Assembly: GCA_035221665.1 (NCBI GenBank)
Contig: CM069134.1
Span: 94,178,001-94,242,000 of the forward strand
Origin: Okamejei kenojei
Taxonomy: Eukaryota
DNA length: 64,000 nucleotides
Direction: 5' to 3'
In this document: positions 27,601 to 39,600 of the stretch, one piece after another
How positions within the stretch are numbered: the first letter of the stretch is position 1
Layout of the letters: each line of letters starts with the position of its first letter
The notes under the pieces: model-generated
What the model was told of the DNA's origin: nothing
What the model saw: the letters and a program-made list of their open reading frames with translations, nothing else
Databases searched by the model: none
Made by a program: the position numbers and the translations under genes

Positions 27601-30600
27601 ATCCCAGTTTGGCAAAAGAATAAATCAGGGAAGGTGGTGCATCCATGGATAGATAACAAGGGAAATCAGGGATAGTATCAAAACAAAAGATGAAGCATAC
27701 AAATTAGCCAGAAAAAGCAGCCTACCAGAGGACTGGGAGAAAATCAGAGTCCAGCAGAGGAGGACAAAGGGCGTAATTAGGAAAGGGAAAATAGATGATG
27801 AAAGAAAACTGGCAGGGAACATAAAAACTGACTGCAAAAGCTTTTATAGATATGTGAAGAGAAAAAGATTAGTTAAAACAAATGTAGGTCCCTTGCAGTC
27901 AGAAACAGGTCAATTGATCATGGAACAAAGGACATGGCAGACCAATTGAATAACTACTTTGGTTCTGTCTTCACTAAGGAAGACATAAATAATCTGCCGG
28001 AAATAGCAGGGGACCGGGGGTCAAATGAGATGGAGGAACTGAGTGAAATCCAGGTTAGCCGGGAAGTGGTGTTAGGTAAATTGAATGGGTTAAAGGCTGA
28101 TAAATCCCCAGGGCCAGATAGGCTGCATCCCAGAGTGCTTAAGGAAGTAGCCCCAGAAATAGTGCATGCATTAGTGATAATTTTTCAAAACTCGTTAAGA
28201 TTCTGGAGTAGTTCCTGGGGATGGGAGGGCAGTTAATCTTACCCCACTTTTTAAAAAGGGAAAGAGAAAACGGGGAATTACAGACCAGTTAGTCTAACAT
28301 CGGTAGTGGGGAAAATGCTAGAGTCAGTTATTAAAGATGGGATAGCAGCACATTTGGAAAGTGGTGAAATCATTGGACAAAGTCAGCATGGATTTATGAA
28401 AAGTAAATCATGTCTGACGAATCTTATAGAATTTTTCGAGGATGTAACTAGTATAGTGGATAAGGGAGAACCAATGGATGTGTTATATCTGGACTTTCAG
28501 AAGGCTTTTGACAAGGTCGCACATAAGAGATTAGTATGCAAACTTAAAGCACACGGTATTGGGGTTTCAGTATTGATGTGGCTGGCAGACAGGAAGCAAA
28601 GAGTAGAGTAAACTCCTTTTTAGAATGCCAGGCAGTGTCAGTGCTGGGACTCTATTATCGATCGTTGAATGCAGTTTGCGGATGACACGAAGCTGGGGGG
28701 CAGTGTTAGCTGTGAGGAGGATGCTAGGAGGCTGCAAGGTAACTTGGATAGGTTGGGTGAGTGGGCAAATGTATGGCAGATGCAGTATAATGTGGATAAA
28801 TGTGGATAAAACAGGTAAGTAGACTATTATCTGAATGGTGGCCGAGTAGGAAAAGGGGATATGCAACGAGACCTGGGTGTCATGGTACACCAGTCATTGA
28901 AAGTAGGCATGCAGGTGCAGCAGGCAGTGAAGAAAGCGAATGGTATATTAGCATTCATAGCAAAAGGATTTGAGTATAGGAGCAGGGAGGTTCTACTGCA
29001 GTTGTACAGGGCCTTGGTGAGACCACCTGTGGAGCATTGCGTACAGTTTTGGTATCCTAATCTGAGGAAAGACATTCTTGCCATAGAGGGAGTACAGAGA
29101 AGGTTCACCAGACTGATTCCTGGGATGGCAGGATTTTCATATGAAGAAAGACTGGATAGACTTGGCTTGTACTCGCTAGAATTTAGAAGATTGAGGGGGG
29201 ATCTTATAGAAACTTACAAAATTCTTAAGGGGCTTGGACAGGCTAGATGCAGGAAGATTGTTCCCGATGTTGGGGAAGTCCAGAACAAGGGGTCAAAGTG
29301 TTAAGGATAAGGGGGAAGTCTTTTAGGACCGAGATGAGAATTATTTTTTTTCACAGAGTGGTGAGTCTGTAGAATTCTCTACCACAGAAAGTAGTTGAGG
29401 CCAGTTCATTGGCTATAATTAAGAGGGAGTTAGATGTGGCCCTTGTGAGTAAAGGGATCGGGGGTATGGAGAGAAGGCAGGTACAGGATACCGAGTTGGA
29501 TGATCAGCCATGATCATATTGAATGGCGGTACAGGCTCGAGGGCCGAATGGCCTACTCCTGCACCTATTTTATATGTTTCTATGTATACTGATGGCATCT
29601 ACCAAGCATGTCCTGCTTAAATTCATCTCATTCACATTTATCATCTTGAAGTGAATCGCAACATCCTCAGTGAAAATTACCTCTTTGCCTGTGCTGATAC
29701 ATCCATGGATTTGAGAGATCACACCTCTGCTCAGCATTTTAAACAGAATCATTCGAGTTCTTGGATCCAAAACCTAGAGAATGACATGTGTGAAACCAAG
29801 TTTCATAAAATAATATGTAAAGATTGATCAGTCTGAAGAAGGATCTTGACTCGAAACGTCAACTATTCCTTCGCTCCATAGATGCTGCCTCACCTGCTGT
29901 GTTTCCACAGCATTTTTGTCTACCTTGTAAAGATTGTTCAGTATGTTTGGGCAATGTGATATGCAGACCTGGACCTTGTAGTAAAGATGGACAAGGCAAA
30001 CTAAAATACCTTTATTTTCACAATTTTCAACTGAAATATACCCTTCACAAATAAATTTAAATCGATTGCCTAAGAGATTAGATTCATGCATTGGTGAGAT
30101 CATTATTCCATTTGATATTTTAAATAAAATGTAGCTTGATTTTTTATTTACCTCATGGATTGCCACTTTAACTGATTTCTGCAAACCATATTCTCTCTAC
30201 AATATGTCTTATGCAGAGAGTATATAAATACAATGGAGATTAGTCAGGGAGCTGAAAAGAATTCATTCAAAAAGCAAAGTGCAGAATGATACTGTGCCAA
30301 TGCTCAAAAGTATTTTATAAACATACAATTCTTAATTGATTAGACAAACTAGATGCAGGTAAAATGTTTGCAATGTTGGGATTGGGGGGGGAGTGTCCAG
30401 AACCAGGGGGTCACAGTTTAAGAATAAGGGGTGAGATGAGGACAGAGATGAGGAAAAGCTTTTTTCACCCAGAGAGTTGAGAATCTATGGAATTCTCTGC
30501 CACAGAAGGCAGTGGTGGCCAATTCATTGGATGTATTCAAGAGAGTTAGATATACTGTAGCTCTTTGGGCTAACGGAATCAAGGGAGTGTAGATGATATG

Positions 30601-33600
30601 TGTGTACACCTTTAACTGTAGTGACGCAGCCCTTCTTAACCACTCCCCCATCATCTAGTATAATTGTGACCTTCCCACCCATAGCTCTCTCTCTAGTGTC
30701 CGTGACAGACCACGTACAGCTAGGGCAGTGATGTAATTAATAAAGTGTATAATTAATATTGTAGTAAAGATTCATCGGTGTATGCGCGTATCCTTTACAT
30801 GGTGTCAGAAGTTTTTTACCCTGTGTCTCCTGTCTATCAGTTTTTTGTTTCTTTAGTCCCAGTACCCCCTCCCTGTGTCGCGATGGCTTCTGCTTGTCGT
30901 AAACCTGACATCCTGATCTTTGATGCTGACATCGCTCACCGCTGGAGCGTTTTCAGACGTGACTTTGAGCACTACGTTACCATCGCTCACCCTGTGGTTC
31001 CCCCTGAGGTCAAAGCCTCTCTCCTGCTCAACTTGGCCGGTCCCGAAAGCTCTGGAGCGATCGGACTCGTTCATCTACGGGGTCAACGAAAACGCCCAGG
31101 ACCCGGTATGTTTACTTGCAAAGTTTACTGAGTTGTGTGATACCCCTACTAACTGTATCCTGTAGCGTTTTAAACTTTTCGGCCGCCGCCAAAACCCTGG
31201 GAATCGGTCAATAATTTCGTCGCCGCGTTGCGGCACCTGGCTCGCCGCTGTGGCCTGGATACTTTAACCCCTGAAACGTTAACCCGGGACATTTTGGTCT
31301 ATGGCCTCCGGGATGAGAAGCTGCGATCTGAGTTCCTTCGCAAGCCTGATCTGACTTTTAATGAGGCATTGCATGCCTCTCGCCTGGCAGAGGCTGTCTC
31401 CACCGCCGTGTTGCCGCCCGATCATGAGGTTCACGCGGCCAGTTTCGCCGGCCGTCAGTACTATGCTCCACAGCGACAGAGGGTAAGCCCTGCGCCCGGG
31501 TCCAGACCCCGTCAACGCTGCCCGAATTGCAACTTTGCTTCGCATCGTTTTAATGTTTGTCCTGCGCTGGGAAGGACCTGTAATTTCTGCCACAAGCAAA
31601 ACCATTTCTTGGCGGCGTGTCGTTCCCGTGGGAAGCCTGTACAGCCACAGCAGAAGCCCTCTAACTACCTGACACGTGCTGATATGGTGTCTGGTTCCCA
31701 TCACCAGCAAGAAGAACTCCCCTTGTCTGATTCAAGCTTTTCCCAGAGCGAGCTGAGTGTTTTTTCGCTGCGAAATGCACCTGCACTGATAACGGACCCG
31801 ACCGTGCGAGTCACTGTGAATGGCACCACCTTCTCTGCTAAAGTCGACACGGGGGCTGCTGCCAACGTTATGTCAACAAGCTTGTTCAGAAGATACGACA
31901 TAATGAGCTCGTTAGCACTGACCGCTCTGTTTTGCGTGCCTATGGGGGAGGCGTGCTCTTTCCTGTGGGGAAGGCCACTCTCCACTGCAAGGTACTGAAG
32001 CCTCTCGGCCCCTCTCTTTCTTTCTGCTGGACAGTAAATGTGACCCCCTGCTAGGCATTCGGGCCTGCCAAGACCTCGGATTGGTGAACTTCCACCGTGA
32101 CATTCGCTTAGTGCAGTCACCTCTGGACCCGCTGGCCGAATACCGGGACCGTTTCGACGCCAAGCTGGGGAAGCTTCCCTGCAGCTACAAAATTGTCCTC
32201 AATCCGGATATCGAACCCGTCATCCGCCCAACGCACCGGGTGTCCTTCGCGATGAAAGACAAAGGCGAGTCTACACTTCGTGAAATGGTGACCATTGGCA
32301 TCCTGAAGGAGGTGAGTGAGCCCACCCGGTGGGTCTCTACCATGGTCGTTGCTGCAAAGAAGGATAAGAGTGAACTCCGAATCTGTATCAACCCAAAGGA
32401 TCTGAACTTGGCCATCAAGCGCCCGCACTACCCCATGCGAACCGTTGAAGATGTTGCTGCACAAGTCAGTCCAGCCACTGTGTTTTCGGTTCTCGCCAAG
32501 AGCTCGTTCTGGCAGATACCATGACGAACGGCCTTCATACCTGACAACGTTCAGCAGGTTTGGCAGGTTTCGTTTACTCCGCATGCCGTTCGGGATCAAC
32601 TCTGGCAGTGAGGTGTTCCAAAGGACAATGGAACAACTGTTTGCCAGGCTCCCATGTGCCATCATTGTCGACGACATCCTAGTCTACGGGAAAGATGTCG
32701 CTGAGCACGACCATAACCTCCACCAGGTCCTGGAACGAGCTCGGGAAGTCAACCTGAAGCTTAACCCAAAAAGATGCCGGTTTCCTGTCCCTGAGGTCAC
32801 CTACGTGGCTGAAGCCCGACCTGCAGAAGACGGCCGCTATATCCGAGATGCCTGCGCCTGCTGACGTGCCAGGCCTCCAGCGTTTCCTGGGCATGGTCAA
32901 CTACCTGGGAAAGTTCATCCCTGACCTAAGCGAGCTGAGCGCACCTCTGAGAGACCTAGTAAAAAGGACACTGCCTGGGCCTGCTTCCCGCAACACCAGA
33001 AGGCTTTTGACATTCTCAAATCCAGGTTGGTCAGCACCCCAACGTTGAAGTATTTCGACCTCCAGCGCCCCATTGTTCTCACATGCGATGCGTCCAAGTT
33101 TGGCCTCGGGGCCGCCTGCTTGCAGCTTCACAACGAGTACAACTGCCCTTGTCCTACGCATCCCGTACGATGACTCCCGCCGAACAGCGCTATGCCCAAA
33201 TTGAAAGAGAATTGCTGGCTGTCGTCTTTGCCTGCTCAAAGTTCAAAGACTATATTCTGGGCACCTGTTTTTCTATTGAGACGAACCACCAACCTCTGGT
33301 TACTATCCTCAACAAGCCGATAACAGTGGCCTCTTCTCAGCTTCAGCGCATGATGCTTCAGCTACAACGGTTCACTTTTACTGTGGTTTATCGCAAAGTG
33401 AAGGACATGTTTGTTGCCGACACGCTGTCTCGGGTGCCTCTCGCATCCACAATATGTCACCCCTACGAGGCATCCGATTTGATAGTTCTCAACGTTAATT
33501 TTGTGCCCTCTAATCAGATGAAGTCTTTGGTCCAGCACACAGCGGCTGACACTTTGCTACAACAGCTGGCTGCGGTTATCAAGCAGGGCTGGCCAGACCG

Positions 33601-36600
33601 CCGTTCTTCCCTGCCGGCTGCAGCGGTGCCTTATTTTCTGGTTCGTGACGAGCTGGTGCTGCGTGACGGTGTAATTGTGAAGGGGCACAAGGTGGTGGTG
33701 CCCGCAACACTTCGAGAACAATACTTTGAAACTGCTCATCGTGGCCATCCCGGGGCCGAAGCCACTCTTTCCATCGCTCAGAGCCAGTTCTACGGGCCTG
33801 ATATGGCTCGTTATTTCCGGGATAAGGTTTCCTCCTGCCCTACTTGTAACAGCCTTGCCCCGCAACAGCAGCGGCAGCCCCTCTTGCAGCAGCCTGCTCC
33901 CGACCTCCCCTGGTCTGCGCTGGCAACTGACATTTTCGAGTGGCGCGGAAAGCATTTTCTAGTGCTTGTCGACTCTTACTCCAGCTGGTTTGAGGTTGAT
34001 CAGCTTCACTCTCTATCTTCATCTGCTGTCATCGAAAAGCTGCGCCGCCACTTCGCTACTTTTGGGTCCCCGGCCAGCCTGCAGTCGGGACAAGGGCAGT
34101 CAATTCACCAGTGCTGAGTTCCGTGCTTTTGCTGATCGCTGGAATTTCCGTCACTACTCCAGCAGCCCAGAGTACCCGCAAAGCAACGACCTGGCTGAGC
34201 GTGCGGTCCGCAGTGCTAAAGGATTGCTAACGTATGTACATTTACCTAGCCCTCCTGAACCTCCGCAACATCTCCCGCGACTTGGGTAACCGCTTCAGTA
34301 GCGGCCTCCGATCGCAGCTTGCTCCTTCTTAAACCCGCACGGTAAGCGCATCGCCCACAAACACGTTGTCGGTTATACTGGTCAGTGTACAGTCCTCCTC
34401 CCTCTCGGCCCTCTCCAGTGCATCCTCCCGCTGCTCCCTGGTTATGGGACCCCGGGGTTGTCAGGGCTCCACCCGTACCCCATAAGCTCTCTCTGTATTA
34501 CCGCTGTTTCTCTCCCTTAGCGCATGAGATGTGGTCGCCCTGTCACTGCTCGTTGTTTTGTTTTTATAGAGGAAGGATGTAGATATGTGTGTACACCTTT
34601 AACAGTAGTGACGCAGCCCTTCTTAACCACTGTACATCTAGCTCTCTCTTTCTAGTGTCCGTGACAGACCACGTACAGCTAGGGCAGTGATGTGTGTGTA
34701 TAATTAATAAAGTTGTAGTAAAGATCCATCGGTGTATGCGCGTATCCTTTACAGGGAGAAAACCGGAACGGGGTACTGATTTTGGATGATCAGCCATGAT
34801 CTTATTGAATGACGGTGCTGGCTCAAAGGGCCGAATAACCTACCCCTGCACCTATTTCCTATGTTTCTATTTTTGGGGGGGGTTGGAGGCCTCCAAAGAC
34901 ATAATCCATTACATCCATCATGAAGTGTCTTCGAATGGTTTCAACTACAAAACAAGTCCCTGCAGCACTGCATGTTGTAACCATTAAAATATAACAAGAA
35001 GAATATGTTGTCTACTTCAACAATACTTTGGTTTATCTATTACAAACAAAGAGTAATCTAATTATAAAACTAAAAAAAACAAAATTCAGGCTACATGGAA
35101 TTTGGTTGATCACATTTAGAAAAGATTTATCCATTTTGCTGCTTTGTCTTTTAAATTAACATACATTTTTCAACAGATAGAAAAATTGTATGTAGCAGAT
35201 TATGAACAAACGGCAAAGTAGATAGGTTTTATTTGATCATTGTTGGTTTAGTTTTTATTATAGTCACAAGTACCTTGGTACTGTGACAAGTTTTTGTTGC
35301 GTGCTATCCAGTCAAAGACTATACATGATTACAATCAAGCTATACAGTGTACAGATAAAGGATAAAGAGTAAGACATTCCATTACATTAACATTTCCAAT
35401 AGGAGCCTGCACACACTATAGATTGTGCACAATATTTTAAAAGGCAATGTAAAAGATTATAAATATAAATTGACATAAGTTTACATTTTCTCCAAGTTAT
35501 TGAAACCAAACAATATCCTAATTAAAAGCAACATTGCAATGCACAATATTTCTTGAGCTTCACACTTTATTTGTATTATTAATTAATATAACTATTACCT
35601 GTTCCACTGTAGCTCGGTCAGATTTATCTTTAACTCGATACCTAAAAAAACATGGCCGATAAAGAATACTAATGCAGTTTATCTCTTTCAGATTACATAG
35701 TTCAAAGATATATTTAAGTATTAATAACAATAAAAAACTGCATGGAACTCAAAATTATAGATGGAATAATGTATTTTTAAAAATATTAGCATTTCACAAT
35801 TCACAAGGTACGTGACCCTTGCTATATTTCTCTGGCAATTTGTACTTTATAAATAGGAGGTTTTCATATTCAGCACAATATCAGCTTTTATCCTATCTCA
35901 ATATAAACAAAAACTAGAATGCTGAAAGGAGTGGTGGCATTGCAAGCCGAAGGCATAATCACCAGGACCAAAACATTCAAGAGAAAGGCCATTCATTATC
36001 TATAACAGGAATTGCTATGTCATGAAAACTGAATTGACATGGACCAGTCTTGCTGTCACTTTTCTATCTTCTGTAATCTCTCTTCCTTCAAAAAGTTATT
36101 TGTGTGTTCAGTTCCATGACCGTTATAGTGAAGTTCATCCAAGTCTCCCCAACATCTATATATTTGCACCTCTGATAGAAGTCAATAAACAGCATGTAGG
36201 AGAAGGAAACCCAACTAGCAGTGAGGTTAAGCCAACACAAACAACACCATGAATCTAGTCCCTATATAAACCAATTCAAATGCTGAGGGAATTCAATATC
36301 CTTTAAGTATAGGATACGAGGAGCCTATGTACTGTTAAATGATGTTCATTAATTACATCGATAAAAGCTGCCCAAATTGTAGTAATGCTTAGTTTTGTTC
36401 TATCAATATAACTTTTACTTACATATTTGTCTGTTTCTGCCTCGACTTCTCAGTTACTCTGTTTATCACAGAATCAGGAAAATTTAGTTTATCTGTCAAA
36501 AGAAAAGGAAAAGTCACATGTAATGGAACGCCATTCCCTAAAAACTATTATTTTGATGATGGAACATTATAGCTTTTAAACATTTCATTCTCACTCAACA

Positions 36601-39600
36601 ATCCTAGACTGAAAAAGCAATGATCTGTCCGCTTTATTGACTTTTGACAAAACTATGCATTTGATCAGCATTCACAATATTGTAGCTAAAGTTAATTCAG
36701 CCTGATTCTCTCCATCCCCTGACAAAAACACATCATTTTCTGATTAGATGTTCAGTTTTTCTTTTAGAAACACAGTAGTATCTGACCAATTTATAACATG
36801 TTATGCTTGTTAAATTTTTAATGCATAATAAATTTAACTACATAAACAAACACATTTAGTGAGGTGTTTGATTTTTTGAACGTTAACTTAAAATGGAAAC
36901 CTAATTTCAAATATTCATGAATGTCAAACCAAATACCGTATTTCCCAGCAATGAAGACGCTATTTTTACCCTAAAATAAGGCCCGAAAATTACCTGCGCC
37001 TTGGAGGCCAAAGCAGGTGCGTCAAACTCATTTTAGGTTGTGGGCAAAATGCGACCATGCGACCGGGGAAATCATCCCGCGGGCCGGATCAGACTCCTTC
37101 GCGGATCGGTTGTGCCCCTGGTCCGCGTGTTTGACACCCTTGGCCTATAGGAAGCGTTTCAGTACAAAACGGCAATCCAATCAGAACCAACATGCATTCG
37201 CACAGGGATTTTCGCCATTTCAAACACACCTGGTCTAGGTAGGAGCTTTGTAAATTCTGTTTAAGTTGTTTAACTCTGTTAATTGTTGAACAGCAGTGAT
37301 GACCCTGATGTACCAGTATTATGCTTTGAAGATTCGGATGATAGTAGTGAATTTTTTCGGATTTGAAGATTAGAATGCTTTCCTTTTTTGTAATCTCTGT
37401 AATCTTTGTTCCGTGCACAATTAAATGTTATTTTATTCCCAACGCTATATTTATTTTATTATTGCACCGGTGTATACATTATCTGTGTTTTGTACTGGAA
37501 ATGGCCACGAATGGAAATGACCGCCACCACGGCGCATGGAAATGGCCGCCACCACAGCGCATGGAAATGACCGCCACCACGGTGCATGCCTGTTTTTAAT
37601 TTTTTCAAAATTTTGCGACTCAACGCAGGTGTGTCTTCATTGCCGGGAAATACGGTATATGAAGCAAATCAAAACAGCTCACTGCTTGCAATGTTAATAG
37701 AATTTGGAAGCCCACCATATAACAGGGGTTTAAGATAGTCAGAAATTGTTCCCTATCAAAGACTGAGAGGATTTTTAATTGAGGTATTTTAAATTAAGGA
37801 GCTTTACAGAAAGATTTACTCATGCTAACAGAAAGATCTATAGGGAGTGGGTGCAGACAGTAGATTCAAGTCAATTGATAGAAAGCTCAAAGAGGAGCAA
37901 AATATTAGTTCAGAGTGTAGTAGGGGTCTGGAACTCACTAGCTCACTTAGCACTAAACGTGGGACTTGCTAAAATGACTGTGGCTTACTCCCAATGTTAG
38001 TTTGGGAGATAAGATATACAAATTTATACATTAAAAAAAAAGGCAATACATTTATTACTTGCTTAATGTAAAAATATTTCTGAATTTACAAAACCTGAAT
38101 AAAGCAATTTAAAAGTCATAATCTACAGGAGCAATGACAAAGAATTTAGGGTGGAGAACCCAAAGTCTATCTTTGTTGTGCATTGCAAAGAAACAATTAG
38201 CCAAATGGCCTCCTTCCATACTTCAATTTACACAATTCTAAATAATATTTCAAATTAAAACTTACCAAGATTAATTTTATGTTCAAATTTTCTCAAAGCC
38301 TTGTCTGGAGGTGCGTACATCTTTACTGAATTAAAGGAAACTTGTCTATTTGCCTGAATGAAATAAATTGCAGCAGAAACGAAGAGTCATGATTTTTGTC
38401 ACAAATTACAAGTAATCAAAAGATGTACAGACCATTAGTAATAGATGTCCAATCTATTTGGACCATAAATGTATAACATTAATATAGTCTATGGAAATGT
38501 TCTATTAAAGCAAAGTATTAATCCACAAGAATAATTCAAACAAATATAAAAATGAAATAAATGGCTGCAAAGACAGCCAAGTTAGAATACATGTTGACTT
38601 ATCCAAAGTAGCTAGAAAATGCATTCTTTATTAACATGATGATCAACTTTATATACTAAAGATATTTGTAAATCAAGATCCAAAATTGTTATTTAAGATT
38701 TCTACATTTAGGATGTAACTGCAAGCATCTCTATAATATTTGAACACGGTTACTAGCAAAATCTCTATTTATATTGCAAAATTGAAACCACTCACAAACA
38801 TTTATTTTTAAATTGTAAGTGACTTGTGTTAGTTGTTTTAAATATAAAGTCCACTTCTAATTTATTGTTTCTCACCATAAACAACCCAATACCCAGAATT
38901 ACCACCGAGAGAGCAATGTGGCGGCCCCTGGTGGCTAGCTGATCGTGGTGCGAACCCTCGACTCTGGGGGTTGGGTCATGTGACTTAGTTTGACAGGAAG
39001 AGCAGGTCACGGGTCTCCCCTGGGGTATATATACTGCTGGTAACTCCTTTGCCCCTTGTTGTGGTTCTGATAGCTGTTCTGTGTTAACCTAATAAATATC
39101 ACTTTGTTTGACAATACGTGCCTCGCTATATTGGTGACCCCGACGATCCAAAATAGTCATTTTGGAATTCAAAGACGAACGCTGCCAACGCTCAACCCGC
39201 CGTTGCCCCCGATCCAACCCAACAAAACGCCGTCGCACTTAAGCTGCCGGTTTTCTGGACCTCGCAGCCCCAGGTGTGGTTCCAGTAGACCGAGGCCGAG
39301 TTCCACATCCTTCGAATCAAAGATCCTATAGCAAGCAAGATAGTGCACTCCTGCTAAAACCAATGGGCTGACGTGTAGTACACAACAAAGACGCAACGGA
39401 GTGGAACGTCAGCCTTTTCGTCGGCCATTTCAGTAAACCTGACCCGACAGTTTGTGTGTGTGATAGTGTTAGATTCATGATTCTGTTACTTTTTGTTAAT
39501 GATTAATATGTTAATAAATTATGTTTTCTTTTTTAATGTTTTGGATTCAAAGCCCTGGGATTGGGATCGGACTGTGCAAAGGTGGAGGGGGCACTGAGGG

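Noticed and set aside
33083-34117. 344-aa ORF as a domesticated integrase gene
   Set aside because: It lies between two LTRs with a TSD and is frameshifted before the catalytic core is complete.
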